Source: Berkelbacteria bacterium GW2011_GWA2_35_9
GTDB lineage: Bacteria; Patescibacteriota; UBA1384; GWA2-35-9
Assembly: GCA_000991185.1 (NCBI GenBank)
Contig: LBRB01000002.1
Span: forward strand, 1-46,394
Length of the DNA stretch: 46,394 nt
Reading direction: 5' to 3'
Every line of letters begins with the position of its first letter. Positions within the stretch are counted from its first letter, which is position 1. The notes under the pieces were generated by a model. The model did no database searches. It was given only the letters and a program-made list of their open reading frames with translations, and was not told the DNA's origin. Positions 37,727-46,394 of this stretch are shown in pieces. The translations under genes were made by a program, and so were the position numbers.

Positions 37727-38160
37727 GAAAGTTTCTCTTTTACAATTTTTGAGACAACCGATCCATCGGCTTGTCCTTTAACTTGTAACATTACTTGCCC
37801 GATCACTTTCCCCATATCTGAAATTCCTTGAGCATTGGTTGACTTAATTGCACTTGCAATAATTTCTTCTAATTCGTTTTTTTCCATTTGTTTCGGAAGG
37901 TATGATTTTATAACTGCAATTTTTGCTGATTGTTCTTGTGTATCACGATCGTTTTTTTCCAATGAATCAAGCGTTTCGTTAGCTTGTTTTAATTCTGTTT
38001 TTATGACTAACAATATTTGATCATCGTCAATTTCACCATGATTGATAATTTTTTTATTTTCAATCGAGGCTTTAATTAATCTCAAAACCGATGTCTTTAA
38101 AACATCTTTTGCTTTCAATGCAGTAATCAAGTCAGTATTAATTTTTTCTTCTAACATCAT
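37723..38160 (-). CDS. yqeY: GatB/YqeY domain protein
   Basis: ALKAKD..VLRLIKA, YLPKQM, DMGKVIG, GQADG. Confidence 0.9.
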   Translation of the reverse strand: MMLEEKINTDLITALKAKDVLKTSVLRLIKASIENKKIINHGEIDDDQILLVIKTELKQANETLDSLEKNDRDTQEQSAKIAVIKSYLPKQMEKNELEEIIASAIKSTNAQGISDMGKVIGQVMLQVKGQADGSVVSKIVKEKLS

Positions 38161-38355
38161 TTATCCTAAATTTGAATAATCTTCCATTCGGCTAATTCTA
38201 TTTCTCCGAACCGCTTTTTTTCTTCTTAAATTTCTAGAAACTTTTTTTTGTCGTCTCTCTTTTTCTCGTGCATCCGAAAGTAACCGTTCAACTTGAACGA
38301 TTCGATTAAATCTTCTAATTGTAACTTCAGCTGATTCTGGGTTTTTTCTTATCAT
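38161..38355 (-). CDS. rpsU: 30S ribosomal protein bS21
   Basis: Basic, ES.E..IRRFNR; conserved hit-rpsU-yqeY order. Confidence 0.8.
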   Translation of the reverse strand: MIRKNPESAEVTIRRFNRIVQVERLLSDAREKERRQKKVSRNLRRKKAVRRNRISRMEDYSNLG

Positions 38356-38384
38356 TATTAATTAATTTTCACCTTACCTTCAGA

Positions 38385-38738
38385 TTAATTATTATTCATT
38401 TTACCCAACTGTCGCCCACCTAATAAATGAAGGTGGATATGATCAACGACCTGACCACCGTGATCTTTAACATTAAATACTAAACGATAACCATTTTCAT
38501 TTAAATGATGCGATTTAGCTAACTCAGACGCCACACGCACCATTCTACCTAATAATTCTGTGTCTGAATCGACTATATCGGCAATTGTCGGAATATGTCT
38601 CTTGGGCACTATCAAGATATGAATCGGGGCTTGGGGATTAATATCGTCAAAAGCAGAAATTTGATCATCTTCAAAATGATATTCTGCATCCGAACCAGAA
38701 AGACGATTGGCAATCTTGCAAAAAATGCATTCAGACAT
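38385..38738 (-). CDS. hinT: Histidine triad nucleotide-binding protein
   Basis: CIFCKI, FDDINPQAPIHILIVP, GQVVDHIHLHLLGG. Confidence 0.92.
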   Translation of the reverse strand: MSECIFCKIANRLSGSDAEYHFEDDQISAFDDINPQAPIHILIVPKRHIPTIADIVDSDTELLGRMVRVASELAKSHHLNENGYRLVFNVKDHGGQVVDHIHLHLLGGRQLGKMNNN

Positions 38739-39147
38739 AATAATTCTTTTTAATATAATCTGCCCAATTTTTCTTTAACCATTCTTTTTGCAACTTTAAT
38801 ATATCATCTAAACCACGCTCTGTCAATTCTCGATTAACTACCGATCCACGGTGTGGATAACGATGTAGTTGTGGATGAGGCGAAAAAAAACCTTGACTAT
38901 AATGAACCAACTCATGAGCTAAAGTGGCAGTGATAACAAATTCAGGAATATTTTCGTCTTTAAAAAAACCATTGATAGTAATAAATGTATTTGGATCCTC
39001 TTTGCGTCTACCAAATTTAATGGTTCCTAAACGCTGTTTATTAAATCTTCCAAAACGAATAAAAAGATTATTTTTAATCTCAACATCGGGAAAATAACGT
39101 TGTAAAACCCGTTTAGCTAAATTTTTTAACCATTTATCATCTCGCAT
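38731..39147 (-). CDS. SprT-like zinc metalloprotease
   Basis: RLGTI, ITIN, TLAHELVH, downstream H. Confidence 0.7.
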   Translation of the reverse strand: MRDDKWLKNLAKRVLQRYFPDVEIKNNLFIRFGRFNKQRLGTIKFGRRKEDPNTFITINGFFKDENIPEFVITATLAHELVHYSQGFFSPHPQLHRYPHRGSVVNRELTERGLDDILKLQKEWLKKNWADYIKKNYYV

Positions 39148-39246
39148 AGTAATTATTATAACTATATTATTAATTTATACAAATTATAGTACTTTTCTAA
39201 CGATCGTTATATGGTTGCGGGTTTTCTTATCCCTAACCTGTCATAG

Positions 39247-39279
39247 TATCCCTGGTGTATACCAGAGATACTTTTTTTA
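39247..39279 (+). terminator. Orphan intrinsic terminator in a divergent intergenic region
   Basis: GTATCCCTGGT..ACCAGAGATAC followed by T7. Confidence 0.6.
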
Positions 39280-39408
39280 TTAGTAATTAGATTAAATAAT
39301 TATATTATTATATATCTAATAATTTTCTCAAAAATTTACTAGCGTTGAATCTCTATTAGTAAATTCTCAAAATCTATTTAATAAAATTGATAAATTTTTC
39401 TTTGACCC

Positions 39409-39437
39409 TTGACAGATGGTTGATTGTGTGGTAATAT
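39409..39437 (+). promoter_or_regulatory. Promoter of the lytic transglycosylase gene
   Basis: TTGACA-17bp-TAATAT with extended TG. Confidence 0.65.
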
Positions 39438-39471
39438 AATATAGTCTTCCCAGAATATGGGAGGATTTTTA

Positions 39472-40215
39472 ATGCCTAAATTTCAAAAGATCGTGATTAT
39501 GACAGCTCTGGTGATCTTGACTAATTTGGCTTCCCTAAAGGTTGCATTAGCTAATTCCGATACGCTTGAATTTGATATCAATCAAAAAATAAATTCTCTT
39601 TTTAAAAATTCAATAGAGTCGGTCTTTGCTATCAAAACAATTCATCCCTTCAATAAAGAAAACAACAACACTAATCGTTCTACTGATTATCAAACCAATC
39701 TGGTTTTAATTAAAGATCCCATCAAGCCAATCGATCTTCCTAAAAAAGAAAAACTTTCTTTTGTAAAAGTTAATTCTAACTATCAAAAAGAAATTAATTT
39801 GAAAAGGACTAAATCGGCTATTCGACCTAGAAATATTGCTTCAGCTCATGTTGACCCAAATCTCGAGACTAAAAGAAATTTAGTCCAAAATATTGCTAAT
39901 CAATATCAAGTTGACTGGAAAGTGTTAGAAGCTATCTGGCAAGTTGAAAGTGGTAAATCTTGGAATAGATTGGTTACTTCTGCTGATGGAGCTTTAGGTC
40001 CAATGCAATTCTTGCCATCGACTTTTAGAAGATATGCTCAAGATGGAGATGGTGATGGTAGCGCCAAAATTGAAAATAGCGCCGATGCCTTAGCGTCTGC
40101 GGCTAATTTATTAAAACAAAACAGTTCGTCTGGAAATATTGAAAGCGGAATTTATAGTTATAACCACTCAACCGCTTATGTTAATAAAGTAAAAAATATA
40201 GCTAATAATATCTAA
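39472..40215 (+). CDS. Secreted lytic transglycosylase (SLT/lysozyme-like)
   Basis: Signal peptide; VDWKVLEAIWQVES, GALGPMQFLPSTF, DGDGDG, YNHS..YV. ATG 39472 follows GGAGG. Confidence 0.88.
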   Translation: MPKFQKIVIMTALVILTNLASLKVALANSDTLEFDINQKINSLFKNSIESVFAIKTIHPFNKENNNTNRSTDYQTNLVLIKDPIKPIDLPKKEKLSFVKVNSNYQKEINLKRTKSAIRPRNIASAHVDPNLETKRNLVQNIANQYQVDWKVLEAIWQVESGKSWNRLVTSADGALGPMQFLPSTFRRYAQDGDGDGSAKIENSADALASAANLLKQNSSSGNIESGIYSYNHSTAYVNKVKNIANNI

Positions 40216-41402
40216 ATTCCGGTTGTAGCGGTTGTACTAGTGGTAACGGTATTTTCAGTTATCACATAACTAAAATCAGGAGGTACAACTTCAACCCAGG
40301 TTTTTCCGGAATTTAATTGATACTCAACGCCATCACTATTTGAAAAAATAATTTGTGATTTTGAATCGCTTTTTTTCCACACTCCAATCTGTTCTTTTCC
40401 ATTACTTATCAGACTAGCTTTCCCAGTTCCAATTGTATCAAACTCAAAAGTTGCTTTAGCGCCTGGAAGTTGGATTGGCGCTCTAGGCACAGTAATAATT
40501 ACAATATTATTTGCTACTATCTGCTCATTATTGTTTCTATCAGTGTGTTTTTGCCCAGCTAAATATCGATCATAAATATTTTTTTCTCGGTTATATTTCC
40601 ATTCAACTTGATAGCTACCTCCATAATTAATTGTCACGCTATCTTGATTTCCTCTTTCTGCTAAATCTGACTCGTCTTGATATTTCCAAGGCGTATAGCT
40701 AGCTACTTCGCTAAAGCCTTTTTGTTTAGCTAAATCATAAAGTTCTTTAGTGCTACTGTAGAGCGTATGTTCAGATGCAACTTGTTGATATGATTTACGT
40801 TCAAAATAGCCATTTGTATGAGGCAAATCCATTACCCCATCAGCACTGATTTTTTGTAACGCATCCATCGCTCCACCGGCATGAGCATAATAAGCATTAA
40901 ACCCTTCAGCCCAGTCCACAAAGAAACTACGAGCTGATCTGACTGGTCCAACCTCCTTTGCGTCAAATGGAGAAAATAACGCCATAAAACGGGTAATACC
41001 ACCTTCAGTAATAGCTTCAAAAACAATGCTAGCGTTTGTTAAACCTGATTGCGAGCGAGCATCCGGATGATTTTCAACAATAACTGCCAATGGATGCCGA
41101 TCAGCATTTTCGCTCACTTCTTCATTTGATATTTTAGCCTTTTTCTTTTCAGATTCTTTGGTTTTAAACAAAGCGCTATCAACAAGGTTGAAACCACTTT
41201 CGCCTCGTTGTGAAGCAATTCCGTAACGATATAGTATAGCAGTTAATAATGCTACGACTAAAACAAACACCAAAGTCAATATCCAGCCTTTTTTGTTTTT
41301 ACGGTTATAAGTGTTTTTTAAAAAACTAATAAATTTTTGCCATAATGATGGCTTCTTATCACTGACTGAAAAATTGACTGATTGATTATTTATGTCTTCC
41401 AT
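40212..41402 (-). CDS. DUF3048 domain protein
   Basis: PLAVIVENHPDARSQSGL, EGGITRF, GPVRSAR, HAGG, HTLY. Confidence 0.88.
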   Translation of the reverse strand: MEDINNQSVNFSVSDKKPSLWQKFISFLKNTYNRKNKKGWILTLVFVLVVALLTAILYRYGIASQRGESGFNLVDSALFKTKESEKKKAKISNEEVSENADRHPLAVIVENHPDARSQSGLTNASIVFEAITEGGITRFMALFSPFDAKEVGPVRSARSFFVDWAEGFNAYYAHAGGAMDALQKISADGVMDLPHTNGYFERKSYQQVASEHTLYSSTKELYDLAKQKGFSEVASYTPWKYQDESDLAERGNQDSVTINYGGSYQVEWKYNREKNIYDRYLAGQKHTDRNNNEQIVANNIVIITVPRAPIQLPGAKATFEFDTIGTGKASLISNGKEQIGVWKKSDSKSQIIFSNSDGVEYQLNSGKTWVEVVPPDFSYVITENTVTTSTTATTGI

Positions 41403-41411
41403 TTTTACTCC

Positions 41412-42383
41412 TTATTTTATTTTTTTTATTTGATTAATAGTTATTATTATTCCCAACCCAAATATCGTTACTATAAGATAGATTAATCCTCCAAAAACAG
41501 GTAGATTGATGAGTGTTGTAATTATCAATAACCCGATTGCTAGCTGAGCAATATTTTTTGAATTAGGCAATATTTTTTTACCAATTAAATAGGCAACAAT
41601 AATTTTTGACAGATAAAATGAAATTAAAAATAGTGCCAATATTATCATCGCTAAACTAATGCCAACTTGAGATAAAAGCAAAATAATAACTATCGGCAAA
41701 ATCACGATTAGTCCAACTGTGCCCTTTAGAAATATTGCCCCCCATTGATCTATCAATTGTTTCTTACACTGATCGATTTTTTTACCCCATAAATGGACCA
41801 GTAAAAGTCCAACCAGTAGACAGGAAAGAAAAGAAATCAACAAAGAATAGTAATATAGATTTGGATTAACACTTGCTTCTTCAAAATTTTTAATAATTGT
41901 TTGAGATTTAATTATTACACCTTCACCCCGCTCAAAATCACTAACGACAGCGTAGAGGCTACCTAATATAGTGGTTGGATTGGTTAAACTTAATTTACGA
42001 GCGACTGCGTAGAGATCTCTTTCTATCTGGCTGGATAAAGTAATTCTATCCGCTACTAAATAAATATTTTTGACTTTTTTTAAATTTGATTTTATGTTTG
42101 AGCCAACAGCAATCACATTACCGTCTATCTCGCCCTCGAGACTTACATTACTTCCTATAACAATTAAATCACCATTAATTTTACCTTTGGTCTCAAAATC
42201 TTGACCAATCACCATTAAATTATCATCTATAGTCTCATTTTCTTTAACCGTATAAAGATTGGTACTATTTTCGGCAATTTCAAACTGAGCAGCTTTTGTG
42301 CTTGAAATAATTAACAAACCTAAAACGATACTTATAATCCCAACAAAAATCAATCGTATTTTTGTACCAAATACCTTTTTCAT
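41412..42383 (-). CDS. Membrane protein with polymer-forming (bactofilin-like) beta repeats
   Basis: Repeated G.I.GDL...G..V..GEIDGNV, followed by several TM helices. Confidence 0.7.
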   Translation of the reverse strand: MKKVFGTKIRLIFVGIISIVLGLLIISSTKAAQFEIAENSTNLYTVKENETIDDNLMVIGQDFETKGKINGDLIVIGSNVSLEGEIDGNVIAVGSNIKSNLKKVKNIYLVADRITLSSQIERDLYAVARKLSLTNPTTILGSLYAVVSDFERGEGVIIKSQTIIKNFEEASVNPNLYYYSLLISFLSCLLVGLLLVHLWGKKIDQCKKQLIDQWGAIFLKGTVGLIVILPIVIILLLSQVGISLAMIILALFLISFYLSKIIVAYLIGKKILPNSKNIAQLAIGLLIITTLINLPVFGGLIYLIVTIFGLGIIITINQIKKIK

Positions 42384-42559
42384 TAGACAAAATATTTAAA
42401 ATAGACAAATAATCCTACAGCCAGAAACACAATGAAAATAATTACCATTTTCAGCAATTTAGCCGTAATTACACCTGTAACATATCCTATTAAAAAACCG
42501 ATTACCAAAACCGTTAGATTGCTAAAATCAAGCTGAATATTTTTTAAGTTTTCCCACAT
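42383..42559 (-). CDS. Small 58-aa membrane protein, FUN14-like (not in ORF track)
   Basis: MWENLKNIQLDFSNLTVLVIGFLIGYVTGVITAKLLKMVIIFIVFLAVGLFVYFKYFV; fills the gap, TAATG-coupled to the next gene. Confidence 0.65.
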   Translation of the reverse strand: MWENLKNIQLDFSNLTVLVIGFLIGYVTGVITAKLLKMVIIFIVFLAVGLFVYFKYFV

Positions 42560-42561
42560 AA

Positions 42562-43245
42562 TTATTTACTGCCTAAAACAACTAGAATATCATAACCACT
42601 ACCAATTAATGATACCGTTTCTTCTTCAAGGGTAAAAGTTTTATCGGTAAATGATGACTTAACCGCTTCCGCTTCACTTTTTTTACCCGCAAGATAGTAA
42701 ATTATTCCTATCTCATAATCTTGCTTAGTCGCATTACCAACCTTAGCAACATTAAAACCAGCACTTACTAGTAGGTCTTGGTATTTTTTTGCGTCACCGG
42801 CAATTCCATTACCATTTAAAATCCTAACTACAAATGAACCTTTATCCACACCTGCCGTTGTTTTAGTTGTTGTAGTCGTGGTTGATGAAGTAGAATTAGT
42901 TTTTAGATCTAAGCTGGTATCGGTTGTAGATTTTTTATCGCTATCAACACTTTTTACTTCAAAAGCAGAAAATTTTGTTTCTTTCTGAGCCGTATCTTGA
43001 GTCTTTTTTTGCAACCAATAACTTAACCCTTGAGCTAAAAGGTAAGCAACTAAGGCTAAAATTAAATAATTCAATACCGTTCTCAGTTTACTGGCTCGAT
43101 GAGATTGAGTAATTTGAGGACGAATAAACTCGCTATTATTATCCTTTTCCTCCTTTATGACTTCGCCCTTTTCTTTCTCAGCCAACGCAATTGTTTTTGG
43201 CGCTTGAGAAAAAATATCAAATTTTTTGTTATCAAGATCTTTCAT
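42562..43245 (-). CDS. LytR C-terminal domain protein
   Basis: TM, Thr-rich linker, VRILNGNGIAGDA, VGNA, IYY, ILVVLG. Confidence 0.85.
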   Translation of the reverse strand: MKDLDNKKFDIFSQAPKTIALAEKEKGEVIKEEKDNNSEFIRPQITQSHRASKLRTVLNYLILALVAYLLAQGLSYWLQKKTQDTAQKETKFSAFEVKSVDSDKKSTTDTSLDLKTNSTSSTTTTTTKTTAGVDKGSFVVRILNGNGIAGDAKKYQDLLVSAGFNVAKVGNATKQDYEIGIIYYLAGKKSEAEAVKSSFTDKTFTLEEETVSLIGSGYDILVVLGSK

Positions 43246-43330
43246 TTTGCAAAAAATATTATTTTACTAAAAAAACGTTAGTATTTATATTATAAAATAT
43301 CTTTTGCAAAGTTCCAAATTTTGCTAGTTT

Positions 43331-43564
43331 TTACCAACGCAACTCGGGTACTTCTTTCAAGCCCTGTGGAGAACTACCTTTTTTTTTACTCGGTTTCGAT
43401 ACAACTTTGCTTTTGGTTATGGTTATTTTTTTAGCCTTTTCGTCAAAAGTTGCATTAACCGTATCACCTTTTTTCCAACCCATTGCGTCAATCGCACTTT
43501 TGGGTAAAGTGATACAAAACGAGTAGTTCGAAAACTTAATTAATTTTCTTTTTGATTTTTTCAT
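43331..43564 (-). CDS. AbrB/MazE/SpoVT-like DNA-binding protein
   Basis: RKL....YSFCITLPK..ID.MGWKKGDTV; own TTGACA-17-TATACT promoter (43582-43610) and AGGAGG. Confidence 0.8.
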   Translation of the reverse strand: MKKSKRKLIKFSNYSFCITLPKSAIDAMGWKKGDTVNATFDEKAKKITITKSKVVSKPSKKKGSSPQGLKEVPELRW

Positions 43565-43639
43565 ACGACCTCCTGAAACCTAGTATATATGCATAGTTAA
43601 TATATGTCAAATTTAATAATTTTATTATACTAAACGGTT

Positions 43640-44139
43640 TTATTTAATAACCAAACCGAACCAATCTAAAACAATGAGAGTAACAATAATCCCCAAAAGA
43701 TTACCCATAATTAATTGATAATCTGTATGCCTATGAAGTTTTTTTCGTGAAACATAAATAATTGGCACCAAAAAAAAAGAGAATAAATACCAAAAAGAAA
43801 TTATTACTGTTAAAGCGATAAATAATGAAGCTGTCGTACACTGATTATTATTTCAACCCCTAAAACCAGAATTTGAGGAATTAAAGCTAGAAGACGATCT
43901 TTTTTGACCGATCCTTTTTCAAGTGGCTTGTCAACTTCAACTCCGAGAAAACTTAAATAATAAAGCCAAATATAGTTAAAAAGAAAATTAAATACAACAA
44001 TCATCAAAATCCACCAATAGAGGGATGTTCCTGAAAAAGTTTTGAAAGCTAAAATTATCAATAAAAAAGGAACCACATTTTCTGGGTTAAAAATAAAAGA
44101 AATTAAATTAAATATATCTAGATTTTTCTTAATTGTCAT
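43640..44139 (-). pseudogene. Frameshifted PAP2-like membrane phosphatase gene
   Basis: The 109-aa ORF stops at 43810, but another frame continues TTASLFIAL...YVSRKKLHRHTDYQLIMG...VIK* (PAP2 C3-like motif) to 43640. Confidence 0.65.
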
Positions 44140-44483
44140 ATCCTTCTTTCCTCGAATCTAACTCTTCTTTTGTCAATAATATTTTTAATATTGCTTTGTT
44201 TTGGGGTTAGACGACTTTTGGCGCTTTTAAATTCCATAAAAATAATTTCATTTTCATCAAAGACAATTCCGTCTACTGGCGTTCCAATAAAACGAAAATT
44301 TTTTGGGTCGTATCCGAAGTTGGAAATAAAGGGCATAAATTGTTCGGTTGTTTTTCCATACAGAGACGAAAGTGATCTTTTAGCAAATTTTGTACTTTTT
44401 AACAATTTCACGCTTCTTCTCCATAACAAAAACAAGATAACAGAAAGCAATATCAGAATTAAAATCATCTTTTCCATTTTCAA
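44136..44483 (-). CDS. Holliday-junction-resolvase-like PD-(D/E)XK endonuclease with N-terminal TM
   Basis: GKTTEQFMPF, FRFIGTPVDGIVF, FMEFKS..SRLT..Q. Confidence 0.8.
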   Translation of the reverse strand: MKMEKMILILILLSVILFLLWRRSVKLLKSTKFAKRSLSSLYGKTTEQFMPFISNFGYDPKNFRFIGTPVDGIVFDENEIIFMEFKSAKSRLTPKQSNIKNIIDKRRVRFEERRI

Positions 44484-44512
44484 TTTATATATTAATTATA
44501 TTATCCTACAGA

Positions 44513-45109
44513 CTAGGCAAATTTCCTAATTACCCCTCTTAATCTTCCTTGGATAATCACTTTATCGGCATAGATCGGTTGATATTTTTTATTCGCTGGT
44601 TGCAAACGAATTCGATTTTTTTCCTTATAAAACCTTTTGAGCGTTACATTTTTACCATCTAATAAAGCTACAACAATATCTCCATTACTTGGGCTAGAGA
44701 CTCTTTGAATCACAGCATAATCACCATCATAAATTCCATCGTCTTTCATCGAATCACCTCTGACTTTAAGCGCAAAAATATCCGGACCCATCATATCTCG
44801 TGGAACATCAATCGTTTCTGATGTTCTTACCGCCTCGATCGGTGCTCCAGCCGCAATTATGCCAAGGAGAGGAATGGCATAACTGCGTTCGTCAAATCTC
44901 GGAGTCAATTGAATTGAACGAGCAATATTGTGTTCGTTATCTAAAAATCCTTTTTCTTTTAAGGCGTCAATATAGCCAGCAACTGTTGCGATTGAAGAAA
45001 AATCGAACGCTTGAGCAATCTCACGATAGGACGGCGCATAGTCATAACGATCAATAAAGTTTTTAATATAATCAAAAACTTCTTTCTGTTTTTTTGTTAA
45101 GTTTGACAT
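44513..45109 (-). CDS. lexA: SOS repressor LexA
   Basis: LTKKQ, PSYREI, IAAG cleavage site, VRGDSM, TLKRF. ATG 45109 follows AAGGAGG. Confidence 0.95.
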   Translation of the reverse strand: MSNLTKKQKEVFDYIKNFIDRYDYAPSYREIAQAFDFSSIATVAGYIDALKEKGFLDNEHNIARSIQLTPRFDERSYAIPLLGIIAAGAPIEAVRTSETIDVPRDMMGPDIFALKVRGDSMKDDGIYDGDYAVIQRVSSPSNGDIVVALLDGKNVTLKRFYKEKNRIRLQPANKKYQPIYADKVIIQGRLRGVIRKFA

Positions 45110-45145
45110 TTCGTACTCCCCTCCTTTAATTTTCATCTATAATAG

Positions 45146-45174
45146 ATATTACGAACTATTTACGAACATGTCTA
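45146..45174 (-). promoter_or_regulatory. lexA promoter with GTTC-N7-GTTC direct-repeat operator in the spacer
   Basis: Minus strand TAGACA-17bp-TAATAT; GTTCGTAA repeated with an 11-bp period (45149-45167). Confidence 0.7.
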
Positions 45175-45195
45175 GCTGTGGATAAATCAGAAATT

Positions 45196-45657
45196 TTACG
45201 AGATCTTGATAATTTTTATCTTAATGTCTCCAGCCGGGGCATTAATTTCAAACACATCCCCAACCTTTTTTCCAAAAAGAGCTTTTCCGATTGGAGAATC
45301 ATTCGAAATTTTTCCCCTCAACGGATCAACCTCATTGGCACTAACAATTTGAAATAATTTACTACTCCCATTGATTTCAACCTCAACCTGACTACCAACG
45401 ATAATTACATTTCCTCCGTTGTTAGAAACGACTCGAGCTTTTTTAATCATATCTTCTAATTGCTTAATTCTACCCTCAACGAATGATTGTTCGTTTCGTG
45501 CATCATCATATTCAGAATTCTCAGATAAATCACCTAGAGCTCGTGCTGACTGAATTCGCTCAATAACGGCTGGTCTTTTTTCGGTTTTCAAAATAGCCAG
45601 CTCATTTTTTAGCCTTTCGAGACCCTCTTTCGAAATTGGATAATTTTGATTTGACAT
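45196..45657 (-). CDS. greA: Transcription elongation factor GreA
   Basis: ARALGDLSENSEYDDAR, ISNDSPIGKAL, APAG. Confidence 0.95.
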   Translation of the reverse strand: MSNQNYPISKEGLERLKNELAILKTEKRPAVIERIQSARALGDLSENSEYDDARNEQSFVEGRIKQLEDMIKKARVVSNNGGNVIIVGSQVEVEINGSSKLFQIVSANEVDPLRGKISNDSPIGKALFGKKVGDVFEINAPAGDIKIKIIKIS

Positions 45658-45679
45658 TATATATATTATTATAACCCTC

Positions 45680-45769
45680 AAAAATAATAGAGCCTACTTT
45701 ATTTTCATAACAGGCTCAAAAATAATTCATTCTGATATGAAATTATACTCTCATTATTTTAGTTGTCAA
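45680..45769 (-). promoter_or_regulatory. greA promoter and leader hairpin/terminator
   Basis: TTGACA-16bp-TATAAT (45769-45742), then GAGCCTG..TAGGCTC-TATTATTTTT. Confidence 0.55.
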
Positions 45770-45790
45770 TATGAGTAATTATGAGCATAT

Positions 45791-46394
45791 CTAATTCTGG
45801 TGGTCATTGAAATAATACTCTAAAATTCCTTTTGCAACTGGTCCGGCAACTTGATATCCTTCTCCTCCCTTCTCAACTAGCACAATTACAGATATTTCGG
45901 GATTAGCATAAGGAGCAAAGGCGGTAATCCAAGCATGGGTTGTATAATTTCCAGCTTGATCTTTACTACCGATTTGAGCTGTACCAGTTTTAGCGCCAAC
46001 TTCAACTAATTTTCCATCCTTATCGGCAATATCACCTAAAAGACGAGCTGAACCTTCTGCCACTGCTAATTTCATTCCTTCTCGTACGGTTTGTAAATTA
46101 TTTTTATCAATAAAATCTTGCCGACTAATTTGACCGTTGACTATTTTTTCACTTCTGGTGTTTTTTATTTTTTCAACTAAAGTCGGTTGAATCAGTTTAC
46201 CATTATTAACAATAACATTAGTCGCATTTAAGAGTTGAAGCGGTGTAACCAGCAAATCACCTTGCCCAATCGACAAATGGTAAGTATCACCTATGTACCA
46301 TTTCTCATGTTTAACTTTTTGTTTCCAGTCAGAATTTGGGACTAAACCTTCTTTTTCTCCAGTTAAATCGATGCCTGTATCATTCCCAAACCCA
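45791..46394 (-). CDS. mrdA: Penicillin-binding protein 2, C-terminal part (runs off the window)
   Basis: WYIGDTYHLSIGQG, TPLQ, AKTGTAQ, HAWITAFAPY..PEI; frame open to the window end. Confidence 0.88.
   Translation of the reverse strand, partial: GFGNDTGIDLTGEKEGLVPNSDWKQKVKHEKWYIGDTYHLSIGQGDLLVTPLQLLNATNVIVNNGKLIQPTLVEKIKNTRSEKIVNGQISRQDFIDKNNLQTVREGMKLAVAEGSARLLGDIADKDGKLVEVGAKTGTAQIGSKDQAGNYTTHAWITAFAPYANPEISVIVLVEKGGEGYQVAGPVAKGILEYYFNDHQN

Noticed and set aside
39205..39250. Resemblance of CCCTAACCTGTCA to c-di-AMP riboswitch or SRP RNA segments
   Set aside because: The other conserved elements of those families are absent; kept only as an unassigned sRNA candidate.
1388..45057. Numerous short nested or antisense ORFs in the track (e.g. 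1388, 2663, 3127, 3633, 9052, 11468, 12931, 14431, 16637, 17598, 18700, 19744, 25107, 26441, 27720, 28312, 28815, 31238, 32336, 32911, 37835, 40832, 43099, 44170, 44800)
   Set aside because: They overlap well-supported genes, tRNAs or promoters and show no motifs or initiation signals.
1..46394. Alternative genetic code (TGA=Gly), prophage, retroelement or defence island
   Set aside because: TGA ends conserved genes at the expected lengths. No phage, reverse transcriptase, integrase or recognisable defence genes were seen.

Overview
AT-rich, gene-dense bacterial chromosome segment using genetic code 11 (TGA is a stop, with many ATGA overlaps). Gene content (short TsaB, PEGA and DUF3048 proteins, sortase, ComM, lamin-tail protein, apparently leaderless genes) suggests a Patescibacteria/CPR genome; this is inference. 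Most of the window is housekeeping: DEAD-box helicase-typA, tsaEB, ruvB, ftsEX-M23 peptidase, secG, serS, secA, comM, miaA, murA-mreB-glycosyltransferases, nusA-clpC-rel, hit-rpsU-yqeY-ybeY, lexA, greA, a partial PBP2 and five tRNAs. An IS481-family transposase sits at the left edge. The most unusual signals are non-coding. (1) Two related 44-bp double-hairpin elements are each inserted after nucleotide 12 of a tRNA-like 5' fragment lying just upstream of an intact tRNA. (2) A 250-bp TGT...ACA mini-element has a 5-bp flanking direct repeat, a repeated transposase-binding-like motif and an internal folded region. (3) A double hairpin is translated in-frame inside secA. (4) REP-like palindromes lie beside self-contained accessory genes. 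(5) Candidate attenuators precede the helicase, nusA and greA, and a direct-repeat operator sits in the lexA promoter.
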